DNA of 64,000 bases from Trichodelitschia bisporula (GCA_010356995.1 ML996699.1:819646-883645); one strand, 5' to 3'; shown: positions 1 through 13,168, counted from the stretch's first letter. Made by a program: numbers and translations. Notes: generated by a model not told the origin, from the sequence alone.

Positions 1-522
1 TGGTGCGTTGCGTGGTGGTTGTGGTCGTGTGCATGGAGTTCGGCTGGGGTGCAAAATTTGCGTTTTGCGCTTCGCCATCGACCCAGACGTCTCCCAGGGG
101 AGCTCCAGGTGTCATCCTGGGCGGATGGGCCCCAGTAAGCTGAATCCGTTCGAGTTTGAAGTATTTGAGCGATTCTGAAGGCTTGAACTCGAAAACATTA
201 TCTTCGCCAAGCTTTGATGTTTTTACATATAATACATATTGTAACCATAGACAGCATAGCAAGAAATATTAGTTCTGCTGAGTCGGCGCATATTTTGTTG
301 GTGGGTGCAGACGCTAAGGAGAGCATCCAAGAGCTAAGATAGAAGGTGACAACAGCCCCCAAAGATATCAGAATCTCATCAGTTTTTGCCTATTCATTAT
401 CCCTGGTACGGCCCTGGTACTGGCCCAGGTACAAACCGCGGTCAGTAACAAATTAAAGAGCTAGAACTTAGTTCTGGTAAAAATTTCAGTTTCTGTAACA
501 AATACTTGCTTTTTGAATAACT

Positions 523-957
523 TCCGGAACCTCCGCGGAAGCCAACTGCAGGAGACTAGAAGAAGCTCACGACACATGCATCGAGTGGGCGAACAGACAC
601 TGCGCAAGCTTTGCCCCAGAAAAATACAAGCTGATCCATTTCACAAACAAAAGGCAAACGCCCACTGCCACAGCAAACATCGAGGGAATCGCAGCCCCTC
701 CGGTCCAGTCCGGAAGGATCCTCGGAGTATGGGTCGACCCAAAACTCAAATGGAAAGCCCACGTCAAGGTGACAGCCGAAAAAGCAATGAAAAACTTCAA
801 CTCCAGACGACTTCCAGGGCTTTTCCTCAACCCTTCCAGGGAGGGTTTTTGCCGTGTTGAACCAAAGAAATTGGTCAAATCCACTCCTAAAGTGGTGAGA
901 CCCGACCATACGGCTAGCTAAAACAAGCCTGGGCGTAATCAAGCTATTATTATTATT
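523..957 (+). mobile_element. Tad1/CgT1-like non-LTR retrotransposon (LINE) remnant: RT C-terminal fragment joined to a 3' end with an (ATT)n tail
   Basis: The frame from 523 reads SGTSAEANCRRLEEAHDTCIEWANRHCASFAPEKYKLIHFT...RILGVWVDPKLKWKAH, matching the fungal LINE RT C-terminal pattern (W..F.P.K..LIHF, LGV..D..L.W..H). The segment ends in TATTATTATTATT at 945-957. Confidence 0.8.
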
Positions 958-1058
958 GTTATTATGTATTATATGTACACCCCAGACCCCGAGATACACA
1001 CCTGCCTTACCAATTTGCCATTCAGCCCGATCCCGGCTAGTCATTAAATTTTTCCCAT

Positions 1059-1210
1059 AATAATAATAATAGCTTGATTACGCCCAGGCTTGTTTTAGCT
1101 AGCCGTATGGTCGGGTCTCACCACTTTAGGAGTGGGTTTGACCAATTTCTTTGGTTCTACGCGGCAAAAACCCTCCCTAGAAGGGTTGAGGAAAGGCCCT
1201 GAAAGTCGTC
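1059..1210 (-). mobile_element. Second, inverted copy of the LINE 3' end (~152 bp) with (ATT)n tail
   Basis: Reverse complement of 806-957 with about 6 mismatches, mostly C/T transitions. Confidence 0.75.
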
Positions 1211-2582
1211 CATTGGAGAGGGGCATGTGAGCCTCACGCCTTTTACATGTGTTTATCATCTTTTCTTTGCACTATTCTTGTGTGTCCCAAGCGAGAACTT
1301 GGCCGCACGCAGAGAAACTGAGAAACATTCCATGTCCCAATTAAACCCCAAAAACGCCGAACGCCTACAGCAACGCAGATCCCATGATTCTAGGTCATGT
1401 TATCGAACGAGAGAAGGAGAGGAAGGAAATTGAGGAATGCCAGGTGGTGTCCTCTTTGGGGAGATCCGGTTCCTGGTAGCAAGGGTGGTGTTGAATCCGC
1501 TCTTCTTCACGTGTGGGTAGACTGGTGTTGTTGCTAGTCCTAGTATGTTGTCCTAGTATGTTGTGTTTGTGGTTGGAGAGAGGGTACCTTGGGGGGTTTG
1601 CTGCTGGGTTGGGGGACGGTGTTAACCCTGAGAACGGGGATTGGGTTCGGGCTGCATGGTGTCGTGTGGTGAGGTCTGTGGCCTCCGTTGTATTGAGCTT
1701 TTCCGGCTCTCTTGGGGTTCCTGGGGGGTTCCGGTTGCGGGCCGTCAGCTTTGTAGTGGCTCGCTTTCATCCGGTTCCCTTCGAGTCTCGCTAGGAGATT
1801 GTGGATTTATGAACAGTTCGTGGGGTGTGGGCGGCTTTTTTCCCACATAGCCCTTATTCATATGTGGCTATTTACGAATATATAGTCAGCAAATACCATG
1901 ATTTGGGGTAAGAAAAGGTTTGCATAAGGGGTGTATTTCAGATTTAGGGGTGGGAGAATGGCCTTCATCTTAACCGGACCCTGTTTCTCTCGAAGCGCAT
2001 GGAGCGATCATTGAGATGGTGAAATTTCCAGTCGATGGAGGCATAGACGGATGAACACAACTGCGAAAGAACTAATGTTCGACCTTGAATGTTCAGAGTC
2101 TTTTGGATTTGATAGGTGCTGCCTTTCTGCCTCGCCGGAGTGCTTCTCCACTCCCCTCCACAAATGAGGGGCTATGGCAAGCCTTGTGGTGTGTGGTACA
2201 CCTACCATGAGATACTAGGCTTACTGAGAATGTTTCGTGGAGTTTAAGGTGCGACAGATAAATGAAAGGAAGCTGTCTTTGAACTATAGCTGCAGCTGCA
2301 TTTGCAGGCCTTACGTGCCATGTCCATACCGGCGAGGAACGTTGATACACACAGTCCGGTACTGGCCTTGCGCCCTTGGCACGCGGGTCGCACCTTCCCC
2401 AACATCAAGTCTTGGCATTGACTCACACCTGCATAAACGACAAATGGACAGCTGCAGTTTTACAAACACCGAACGATCAACTTCCTGTAAAACTCGCTGG
2501 TCCTCACGCTGTGATACCTAGCCTGCTTTACAACAACTGAGAACTTCACTCCCCTTATCGTTGCCTTCCTGTGACAGCTCAG

Positions 2583-3811
2583 ATGGAGGAAAAGGTACTC
2601 CGGTTCAACAACCTTCCTCGGCCAAACACGTCACCCACTGGGCTCCCAAATCACTGGGTCTTTGGCGTTTGCCATGTCGACCTCGAGCCCCAGGGCGATT
2701 TGGTTATAGCCGTCAACCCAAAGAGCAGCTTTCTAAAACAAGCCGGTCCAGCCCAAATCCTCAAGCTTGGAACCGCGGCCGAAAAAGCAGAAGCCACGAT
2801 CTCGTGCCTCCTTGACGCCTTTATCAAAGCCGATGCCACGAACTCTCCAACCTTTGCACCTTGGACCTGGTCCACCCTGGATTCCGTCACGGCCCAAGCT
2901 GTTCAAGATGCCTTGAAGAAGCACGGCGTCAAATCCGAGATTTGCCGCGTAGGTGTCTGCACCGCCGAAGAGATCGATATTCTGGAGTCGGTCCGTGCCG
3001 GCTTGTTCGACGAGCTGATCAATTTGATGAAGACTCGCCGCCACCAGCCTCCATTATTGACGGTCTTCCCGGGCGACATCTCGAGATGCCACAACTGCCG
3101 CATGAGCCGGGAAAGCTTCTTCGTGCCGCTCAAGAAGTGCTCCAAGTGCAACAGCGCCTACTATCATTCGAGAGGCTGCCAGAAGGACCACTGGAAGGAC
3201 CACAAGCATGACTGTCGGCGCCTCGCGAGCGGCACCTACAGTCCACTCGAATACTACGACATCAAGGCCTCTGTCGACCCAAATGCCCGTGCGCTGATGA
3301 AGTCGCTCAACTTGGAGCCTCGCCACGGAAGCGGAATCGGGTAAGTATATCATCGACAGTCGTGGCGTATAAACGAGCTGACACAGCCTGCGGCCTTCCT
3401 CTGCATCGCCTAGTTTTCACCGGCCAGGACACTCCAGCAAACATGAAGCTACTTTTCGGCCAGGATGTCAAGAAAATCAAAACCGATCACGAAGACGCCC
3501 GCATCCAAGTTTTGCTCGACCCGCCGGTTGGATCGCCGGCCCACGTCTTCAATTTGCAGTGGCACGACCCTTCGCTCACTCGAGCTCCACGGCCGGCAAC
3601 CGAGGCCGAGGAGAACATGATTAAGGAGGTCAGACAGATACAGGCCATGATCCGCAACAGAGTCGGCGTGGGAAAATCACCCTCAACGAATGATATGAAG
3701 GCCATCATCGTCGAGGCGTTCGGAGCAAATTGGGTTGATAAGTTGCCGGTCTACCAACTGGCAACGAATACTATCGACCAGGGTGTTCCAGCTGGTGGGC
3801 ACCGTTACTGA
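2583..3811 (+). CDS. MYND-type zinc-finger protein (2 exons; in-frame acceptor non-canonical, possibly defective)
   Basis: Motif CHNC...LKKCSKCNSAYYHSRGCQKDHWKDHKHDC; GTAAGT donor at 3341; GCTGAC branch at 3377; the downstream ORF LPLHRLVFTGQDTP... runs to TGA at 3811. Confidence 0.75.
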
Positions 3812-5739
3812 TACCTTCGTCTGCGACCTTATCCTGTCGGGATTGGAGGCTATGGGTTGCGTACTTGGAGGATAGAAGGAAGCATGATTACTCAAGTAGA
3901 GATTATGTCATTCCCGGAGGCACGGGAGGAAGGAACGCATGAGGAGGTTACCCTGTATTTCGAACTTGAGTGATTTGCACTTCTCTCCTCTCTTCTATCT
4001 TCAAAGTCTTTAGTGAATCCAAGCTACTGTTTGTCTTCGCGTCTTACGTGCCCACCTCTATGTTTTACGCAACATTATGGCGGCCCGACTGCCTCTACCA
4101 GCGTAGGGTGCGAAGTCTGATATATGCCAATGTTGCTCGGAAAAATTGATATCGTTGCGCCGGCTAACGGCTACTGCCAGCTGTTGGGCGCGCACTGAAC
4201 TATCAAGGGCGGAAAACAAACGGAAAGAAAAGGGGAAAAGAAGCGATATGCTCCGATCCACTTCATACCCCGTTGTTATACTGAAGCCCGTCAGTTTCAG
4301 CTTCTGGAATCGGCTGATTGAAGGTCCGCTGGATGCTCAGGCTATTGCGGGATGATGCTGCGACTGAGGAAAGGTGTCTTCTCCTATGGACGATGTACCT
4401 ACCGTCTGGCTATCTCTCGCTGCTTCGTTAGTCGCTTCGATGGTTGTGTTTGACAGTATTTTATATCGACAAACTTTTCGTCCTCGCGCCTTCCAATGAA
4501 GATAGGCTGAAAATGCCGATGGATTGTCCGGACCGTTCTTGAATGATGAACTGAACATGCGGAGGCGATCGGATCAGCCGTCCGAGCTTGTCTTTCCCTC
4601 TGGAAAATCGACTTCATTCCGCACGCTGATGACTCACCGGTGCTTCCCTAATCTTCCATGCAGCCTCTGGTCGTCCTCCTTGACTTCTCATTCCAGAGTT
4701 TTCTCGAATCTCACTTGCACCGGTGATCGAAGCCACGCATAAAGCCCACTTGCATATCGTGGGTTTTCACAACGTCAGCTGCGTCTGGTTCTTCAACTTG
4801 ATACCGTTAATGGGTATACCAAACAGAGCGATTACAGAATAATCGGAGATAGATCCTCAGCACCTCAGTCTTTGAGCCTGCATCACCTACAGGCTCATCA
4901 TCCTAGACTGCACAGCGTGGGTGTTTTGGACAGGGTGAGAACTGGACTCTGGGGGTCTGATTGGTTGGTCTTGTTTAAAAGCCCCGTCTTGTGGTTGGTA
5001 GCCAAGAGGTGTGCATATCAGGTCTAGAACCAGGCAGTATGTAATGGTTCCGCTCGCAGTGAGGAAGAAAGTATTTCGCTATATTGGCACTGAAAGAAAT
5101 GCATCATCCGGAAGTCGGTACGGGTGTCGGACGCGTAGATGCTACTTACACCCATGGTGGAGCAAAAAGTACAGGACGCTACATCTGCGCTGCACACAGC
5201 ACCTACTCACCCTTCATTCTAACTGACCAAATGAGGGCAGCCAAATTTCAGGATTAGTAAAAATTTCCAAGGTAAACAAAGCCAAAGAGATATAGAATAC
5301 CTAGCTTGAGAAAGAAATTTTAATGTGCTACCGTCTGTCTATTAATCCTCGCGCTGTATATGTGCATTCCACGACAGCGTCTGAACGTTGACATTCTTGA
5401 AGGGAAAAACTACAAGCACAGTAAAAGTTTCAGAGATTCAACGCGAAAATTGGTACACCGCGTTTTCAGCGCCCAACTCTTACAGCATTTACTAAGTCCA
5501 AACCTTCAGTGGGATACAAATTTGCCCAGAGGATCAATGTAGTAAACTTTACATGATCAGAGTTGCCTGAATTACGCTGAAAGTTTGGTGTCTTCTTTTG
5601 CTCTCCATTCGGTTGCAGAACAAATCGTTCTTCATTTACCAAGTTCTGGGGTTAACTCCAAGTCTCAATGCACTTGCAAGGCAATGATGAATTATGGTAA
5701 CTCATATTACGCGGATTACCTGGACCAGTCGGGAACTTA

Positions 5740-5920
5740 TCTCTTCTACTGCTGGCATTCTCGCTTGCGTCCTTAAAAGGTCGGTGGACCAACCAGGAAT
5801 CCAGGGTTGTTGCACAACGGTTCTGTAATAAATTGCTCGCTTCCATAATAATATTTTGGCGCTCTTATTTTTTCGTTAGTCTCTTAAAGACGCCTGCGAG
5901 GACGCCAGCAGTAGAAGAGA
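5740..5920. mobile_element. MITE-like element, 181 bp, with ~40-bp imperfect terminal inverted repeats and TA flanks
   Basis: Left end TCTCTTCTACTGCTGGCATTCTCGCTTGCGTCCTTAAAAG versus reverse complement of right end TCTCTTCTACTGCTGGCGTCCTCGCAGGCGTCTTTAAGAG; TA at 5738-39 and 5921-22. Confidence 0.6.
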
Positions 5921-8814
5921 TACATAATTGAGTAGGTGTATTTATTCACTAAACCGTGGGCCTCATATATGCCGTCATTACTTGCATCCTTGTAACTGCT
6001 GAACCAATCAGAGAGCAGACTTCTTAATAAAGATTATTCTGTAAATAGATCTTGCGCACTTGTTTGTCCGCTAATCATGAGTATGCAAACGAGGACGCTC
6101 ATTGTAAAAGGATAGGAGAATTTCTCAATACTTTCCTCATACACGCTCTGAAATAGAAACATCTTTCCCAATATGCGTACTCAGCCTACTGAGGTGCTAA
6201 ACAATCTATACCGTCAAGGTAAACCCAATGAGCTCTCTTTATCACATGAAGTGTAATTTTGTGTATTACGCTGGTCTCGGCATCGACCGGGCTCCGGGGA
6301 GAGAGGAAGGGGAATGAGGAGGAAATGAAGGCATTGTGGGGTTGGAGAAAATAAGCGACCCACAGAAGTGCGCTTTCAGACTGTTAGCCGATAAGTCTGG
6401 AGCACCTATAAATTTTTCTACAGTTCCAGGCGTGATATATGGCATGTGGATTGAAGACGGTCGGTGGTGTGGTGTCAGCGCAGCCTAATTAAATTATCCA
6501 TAACATGTGCTGTTTGCTGTAGAATATGGGGCTGGGCAGCGGAACTAAAGTACCCCTCCGGTTAAAGCTAAGTTCAAAATAATCCGGGGGCTAGGGCTCG
6601 CACTAGAGTTTACGCTGATTGGCGGAGCATCCAAAAGCAGGCTTTCAAAACTAAACCTTTCTGTAAGAGATTTTGCACCCTGATTGGTCTACCAATTATC
6701 GTTGGCCCCAGAGGTACCATGGGATACAATCGCAACGAGCGGTAGGAAATTGCTTAAACTTTGATCTGCTGAAACATCCGAGTACTGGGACCGCAGCCAC
6801 AAGTTCTTTTTTAATTTACTTGCGCCTTTCCAAGCTTATATCCTTTGCAAGCTCATCGGTCATAAAACCTTTCTGCTTCTACTACGTGGGTGCATACATA
6901 AGATTGCTACGATGTGCGCTAAATGTCTCTACTTGAGACGAGCAGTGGGGATTTTCAAGCTAGTTCAAGCTAGTTACACCGATGGAAATTATTACCAATC
7001 AACTGCAAAGCTTATGTGAGACGAATTTGAGGGACTGGCTTGATTGCCGTTGATTTACCTGAGTCCCAATCTTTTCGTGGGCTGGATTAGTTGTGCGACT
7101 GTGCATGTCTGGTATGCATCAAGGCCCGGGAACGTGCAGCTAACTGCTATGGCAAGCGACATCTGTAGTCAGTTCGTGTCCCTCACTTGCCTCTACTCTT
7201 GTCCTATTGGAGAATGATGAAATACCGTCCCATTTTGCATCCTCTCAACTGAGACGGGTTAGTGAATTACACACCGTGCAAATTACCGCTCATGCCATAG
7301 GATGCTGCGTTTTAGAACTAAACATCATAAGATATCATTTAAATAATTCCCGAGCGCGTGAGAGATGCTAGAAAATATCAGCCGTGTAAGCCGCTATTAT
7401 GAATGCGAACAGCGTTACAGACCAATGTAGGATGTCTTCACGTTCTGCCGGTGTGCCCCTTGCACCTTGCACTTCATTCTCTCTCAACAGGAGTTTCAAA
7501 CATTACCGGGACCTAGCTGCAAGACCGGTATACTACCCCTCTGCTCTTCCTGGCACTTCGCTGCCGTAGGAACTCATAGACACGCTACGTAAAATCTGCC
7601 CTGTAGATCTGACATCCACACGTTAGTCAGTGGAGGTTAGCCCTTAGGCGAATAAAGTCCAAGACGAGAATTACAGAAGCCTCGCACTTACACTCGGAGA
7701 CCCCATATTCTACCTATTCCACTTCACCGTTCACCTCTTTAACTCATTTCAGCACAAAATTCGTTACCATTCATTAACATAGTCCTCATGTACCATGTAC
7801 CGACTTTGTAAAACCGTATCCATTTGCAAGGTCTACCATTAAGGAGCGTATTCTCAACCTTCTGGGGTGGATATATCATTTCCTGTCAGCAGCCTTAGAT
7901 GTTCTCATCCAGTGCATTGTTAGGCCAAGCAGAACCGGGCCAAATGTGACGGCGTGCTTGATCTCAAAAATGATGGATTTGCAAAGCAGAATGATCTATG
8001 AGTTCTTACTTTCATATCGGCTATGCCTGCGTGGTTTGGGGCCTAAGCGATGAATAGACAGCACGACAGGAGAATTGCAAACGGCTATCAATTATTCACA
8101 CTCCAGTTCTTATGAGCCCCGGGCGAAATAAATCTCAAGCGCCACTAGGTCGGCGACTGCGAGAACCACTGGTGCCGGCATCCTACGACGTGCAATAGTC
8201 TGGTCAAACGGCCATTGTTCGTGAGGACGGTGATACAGGCCATATCCGATTGACTCGGATAAAACGGCATTCATTGGATTCCATCGTTCTGCTGGTGCAC
8301 ACTTTGTGTTAGAACTCTATTTCGGCGGCGGCCTGTGGCTCTGACCACTACTGGCAGCCGCGATGTAAGGCAGCCGATTCGGGCCGTGCTTGGGTAGCCG
8401 AAGCCAGTACCATCTGGACCACGCTATCATTGTCCACCTATTATTCGGCCCAGGGGCCTGCTACGCAATAGACAAGTACGCATTGGCACGCTTTTAAGGC
8501 AATCGGCTGTAGGGTAGAGCATCCCCAGTATTCCGGCTAGCTGCTCGCAATGGGCCGCGTGCCGAAGGCATCCCGTATGAATTTAAGTAAGCTCAGTACC
8601 GACGGCGGGGACTCCAAAGAAACTGGAAGAAGCGGCAGCGGTTGTCTGACAATTCTTCGACGCTTTGACTCTTCTTAGTGCTCTCCGCTTCTGTCCTGGG
8701 TCAGTCGATCGCTGCCTCAGGTCTGCCAAGCCACCACCCGGTCCACCCCCCGATGTCATCGGGCCTCAGCCAACGCCGACCTCCACATGTCCAACCACCA
8801 CCTCACCGCTAGCC

Positions 8815-10112
8815 ATGGACGTCGCCTATGACCACATTCAGGAGGAAACCTTCCCCGAGGACGAGGAGGGCCGTCCTCGCGCCAATTCAACTCAGCAACC
8901 CACTCTCAACGCCGAGTTCCAGGAAGCGTACAAAGCGTTCTCTAACTCCCCGTGGGGCTCGCGCCTCGGCGGCTTTTGGGGCAAGGTGAAGGAGCAGGTC
9001 GGTTGTTTGTGATCGTGGTTTCTGCGCTGACAGCTTTAGGGTGAGCACTATTATGGAGAGGCGCAGAAGGAGGTCACTTCCGCCAGCACCACCGCATCCA
9101 AGGGCCTGTCGGAGCTGATCTCCCGCACGCGCGCCCTGTCCGTCGCTTCTCCCGATGCACCTTCGTCGTCAACCACTGATACCATCGTTGAAGCTCCCGA
9201 GCGCCCGGAGAGTCTCCCCGCCGATATTGTCAAGGAAGCCGAGGGCATGCTGGCACGGTTCCGCAGCGAGGCGGCGCGGCGGCTGCGCGAGATTGAGCGG
9301 GCTGAGGACGCGGCCGACGAGGCACTGCTGCGGTTCGGGAGCAACATCCGCGACTTTCTGAGCGAAGCGGTGACGATTGCGCCGCCGAGCGCGGAGGAGG
9401 TGGATAGTGGGAATTCGAAGGTGTTGTTTGAGAGTCGCGATGCGGATGGGAAGCGTGTGATCCACACGACGCGGTTTGATGCCCAGCTGCATGTTATTCA
9501 CTGCAGTATGGATAGCTTCCTGAGCGATCCGGCCAGCGATGAGTACGAGCCGTGGACAAAGACGTTCGACGTCGAGAAGCAGACGGCGCAGATTGCGCGC
9601 GATCTTGAGGAGTACGACGAGTTGAGGCGCGCGATGGAGAAGCTAGTGCCGGAGAAGGTGGAATATGCGCAGTTCTGGCAGCGCTACTACTTCCTGCGGC
9701 ACGTCATCGAGAGTGAGGAGAAGCGTCGGCGGGAGCTGCTTAAGGGTAGGGACATCCATTTCGTATCGGCGAGGCTAACGCTCTAGGCGCTGCGACGCAA
9801 GCTGACGAGGAGGTCGCGTGGGACGAGGACTCTGAGGAAGAATCGGACGAAGACGAGTCGGAGGAGGAATCGGAGGAGGAGAGCCCCGACCCATCTGCCT
9901 CAACTACTACCCTCACGAAGCCCAAACCCGCCCCCGAAGCCGACGCCGACAAGCTTAAGCCCGGCGAGCCACGCCGCTCGCAGGACCAGCGCTCACAGCC
10001 CGACAGCGACGCGTCGTACGACCTTGTCAGCGGGGCGGCGAGCCGCACGGCGGGCAGTCCACGGGAGAATGTGACGCAGGTGGAGGAGAGCGACGAAGAG
10101 GACTGGGAGTAA
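8815..10112 (+). CDS. DOS2: BSD-domain protein (DOS2-like), 3 exons
   Basis: Starts [14 protein letters not shown] motif [30 protein letters not shown]; acidic tail ending EEDWE*. Introns 8998-9039 and 9746-9786 keep the frame. Confidence 0.85.
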
Positions 10113-10206
10113 GATATGACGACGCGGCGTTGGGGAGTTTCTTCACTGCAGCGAGCTGGTTTAAGTGAGAGTCTTGTGGCTATTGTACACAGCTCGTAGC
10201 AAATGA

Positions 10207-11526
10207 TCAAGTGGGCGATAACGTCCCTTCAACCTGATCGGCCCACGACTTCTTCTCCTTCTCCACCGGCACGTCGAGCGGCGCGACCTTCTTTGCCTTT
10301 GATGGGAATGCAACTGCTGTCGGCGGCTGGGCGTCGAGCTTCTCGACGCGTGCGGAAGGAAGTTCGGGGAAGTCGGTTGGCTTCGGTGGTGCCTGTACTG
10401 CTGGTTTCGAGGCTTCACCTTCACCGTCGCCGCGACCACGGCCCCGACCCCGACCTCCGCGGCCGCGCTCTCCACGTCCCCGCCCAGCACCCCGTCCACG
10501 CTCGCCTCCACGCCCCCGCTCTCCCCGAGGCGGAGATAAAGCCTCCACATCCTCCGCCTCCGCAGTAGCATACCTACTGCTCGCAATCCCACCATGCGCA
10601 CCGCGCCTAGCATGCTGCTTAGGCGCATCAAAGTCCTCCGGCTTCTTCTCCATATCCCACTCCCGCACACCCACCGCCTGCAGCTTCCGCTGGCGATTCT
10701 TCTCCCGCTCCCCCATCATCTGCTGCCTATTCAACCGATCCTCCTTCCGCCGTTGCGCTGCCTGCGCCTCCCTCGCTTCGAAGAGTTCCTGGTCTGCCTG
10801 TGCGCGCTCGTGGGCTGCGAGGAGGGCTTCGTTTTTTAGGGTCATGGCTGCGATGCGCGCGTTTAGTTCTTCTTCGGTGAGTTTGGCCTAGAGGAGTTAG
10901 CTTGTGTGCAAGGTATGAGATTGGAGGTGACGAACCTTCTTCACCCCGCCGGTGCCGCTCCGGTCCCCTCGCACGGCGCCCACGACGCCCTCCTTGCGCT
11001 CTGCCTTTGCGCCCTCGGCCGGTTTATCTGCGCTCTCGGTGTGGCTGGGACTCGGTGCCGGCCCGCCGCGCCGGTTGCCACGGCCGCGGGGCGCGCGGGG
11101 TGCATCGCGGGGCGGGGTGGGCAACTGCTCGGGCTCGGGAGTTGGGCCGGCGGCTTCGGGGGGGGCTTCGACGGTGGGTTCGGGAGCCGGCTGGAGGGTG
11201 GGTTCTGGGACCGGGGCTGGCGGCGGCGCGGGCTCGGTGTAGGCGAGGGGCGTGAAGTCGTCGTCGAAGAGGTCGTCGGGCGCGCGGGTTTGGGCGAACT
11301 CATCTTCGTCGGCAGGGTAGGTTGGTTCGTAATCGGTGGATTCCTGCGGGCTTAGCTGCGGTTGAGATAGTGAGGGGGGGTGCTTTACGGGTGCGGGAAC
11401 GGGTTCGGGAACGAGTTCGGGAGCTGGAGGCATAGTGGTGGTGGATGTAGTTGGAGCGGGTGGAGGGGAGGGTGGAGGTGGTGAGGCCGCTAGCGGGGAT
11501 ACGGTAGCCCATTTTGAGGTATTCAT
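10207..11526 (-). CDS. Fungal hypothetical protein, Pro/acidic N-terminus, coiled segment and RGG/RG repeats (probable RNA-binding protein), 2 exons
   Basis: ORFs 10897-11526 and 10207-10845 are joined in frame by intron 10888-10935 (GTTCGT...CTAAC...TAG), giving GGVKK|AKLTEEELNARIAAM. Confidence 0.8.
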
Positions 11527-11989
11527 GATGTGGTGATGGTAGTGATGAGATATATATGTGATAAAGGACGACTGAAAGGAAGATGTTGGACGTTGGAGAT
11601 GGTTGAGACGAAGGCTGTATAAATTGGAGACAGGTGTTGAACTGCTAATATGAACCCCGCACTGTGGCGCTCCTCGTCAGTGGAAGGTCCGTATCATGCA
11701 AGGCATCGGCATTTCGTACTTCAAGGCTGCTTGTACGGATGTATATCTTCTCTTCCCAATGTGTAGAGATCTGCTATATAGAATCCAATAATCCGGGATA
11801 AACAGATTTCGTCGTTTGCAGTGTGAATCAGAGATTGAAGACTCCGACCTCTCCAAAGCAGCAAGCAACCGGCACCTCGACTTCCCCGGTAGCTCCCCCG
11901 CCTTACGACACCAAAAGAAAACTTCACCTGCCTTGTACCGTCCTGACATCATCAACCCCACGTCTTGTGTCGTTTTTACGTACCGGCAC

Positions 11990-13168
11990 ATGAGCTATAA
12001 GCTCACGCTCCGCACCCTCACACTTGTCTCCACCCTCATCCTGGCGCTCAGTCTCATCCCAACCCTCCGCCGCCTCACCCTCCTCACCCACCACATCGCC
12101 CCCACCATGACCTACACCCGCGAGCAGCAAATCGCCCTCCTGGCCGTCCAACGCGCCGCAATCCTCACCAAAGCCGTCTACAAAACCAGCGCCAAAGGCA
12201 CGCTCTCCAAATCCGACGCCTCCCCGGTCACAGTCGGCGACTTCGGCGCGCAAGCCCTGATCATCTCGGCGCTGAAGCACAACTTTCCCGATGACGAAAT
12301 CGTTGCCGAAGAGGAGGCCAGCGATCTGCGCTCCAACACTGCACTCCGCGACCAGATCTGGGCTCACGTACAGGAGACCCGTCTCCAGGACGAAGATGCC
12401 GAGAAGGAGCTCGGTGGGCCTATCCCCTCCGTCGAACGCATGGTCGATGTCATCGATATGGGCGGGAGCAAGGGCGGCGCCAGCGGGCGCATCTGGACTA
12501 TCGACCCCATCGACGGGACAAAGGGCTTCCTGCGCGGCGGGCAGTACGCCGTGTGCCTAGCGCTGCTGGTAGACGGACAAGTCAAGGTTGGCGTGCTCGG
12601 ATGCCCGAATCTACCGGTCGACGACACGGCGCGGCTGGAGGCGAGCATTGGGCAGGATCAGACGGATGAGGGCAAGGGCGTGCTGTTCAGCGCGATTGAG
12701 GGGCAGGGCGCGTTGAGCCGGCCGCTTACCGATGGGCCGCTGGCTGATGGGAAGAAGATTGCCATGCGGGGTGTGACGGATATTGCGAAGGCTATCTTTT
12801 GCGAGAGCGTGGAGGCGGGGCATTCGAGCCATGGCGACCAGGCTGCCATTGCTAAAAAGCTTGGTATTACGAATGCCAGCGTGCGGATGGACTCGCAGGC
12901 TAAGTACGGGTCAATTGCGCGCGGTGCGGGCGATCTCTACCTGCGTCTGCCCGTGAGCCAGACGTACCAGGAAAAGATCTGGGACCACGCGGCGGGCGTG
13001 GTGATTGTCAACGAGGCGGGCGGCAAGGTCACCGACGTCGCGGGCAAGCCGCTCGACTTCTCCAAAGGGCGCACGCTGGCAGATAATAAGGGCGTGGTTG
13101 CAGCGCCCAAAGACGTGCATGAGCAAGTCCTTGCGGCGGTGAAGGACGTGCTTGGGGTGAAGGCTTAG
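11990..13168 (+). CDS. MET22: 3'(2'),5'-bisphosphate nucleotidase (PAP phosphatase); alternative start at 12107
   Basis: Inositol-monophosphatase-family motifs SPVTVGDFGAQA, VAEE, WTIDPIDGTKGFLRGGQYAVCLAL, RMDSQAKY and EKIWDHAAG. Confidence 0.95.
   Translation: MSYKLTLRTLTLVSTLILALSLIPTLRRLTLLTHHIAPTMTYTREQQIALLAVQRAAILTKAVYKTSAKGTLSKSDASPVTVGDFGAQALIISALKHNFPDDEIVAEEEASDLRSNTALRDQIWAHVQETRLQDEDAEKELGGPIPSVERMVDVIDMGGSKGGASGRIWTIDPIDGTKGFLRGGQYAVCLALLVDGQVKVGVLGCPNLPVDDTARLEASIGQDQTDEGKGVLFSAIEGQGALSRPLTDGPLADGKKIAMRGVTDIAKAIFCESVEAGHSSHGDQAAIAKKLGITNASVRMDSQAKYGSIARGAGDLYLRLPVSQTYQEKIWDHAAGVVIVNEAGGKVTDVAGKPLDFSKGRTLADNKGVVAAPKDVHEQVLAAVKDVLGVKA

Noticed and set aside
1400..1800. Possible LINE ORF1 remnant on the minus strand
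   Set aside because: Only compositional resemblance, multiple stops and no zinc-knuckle motif.
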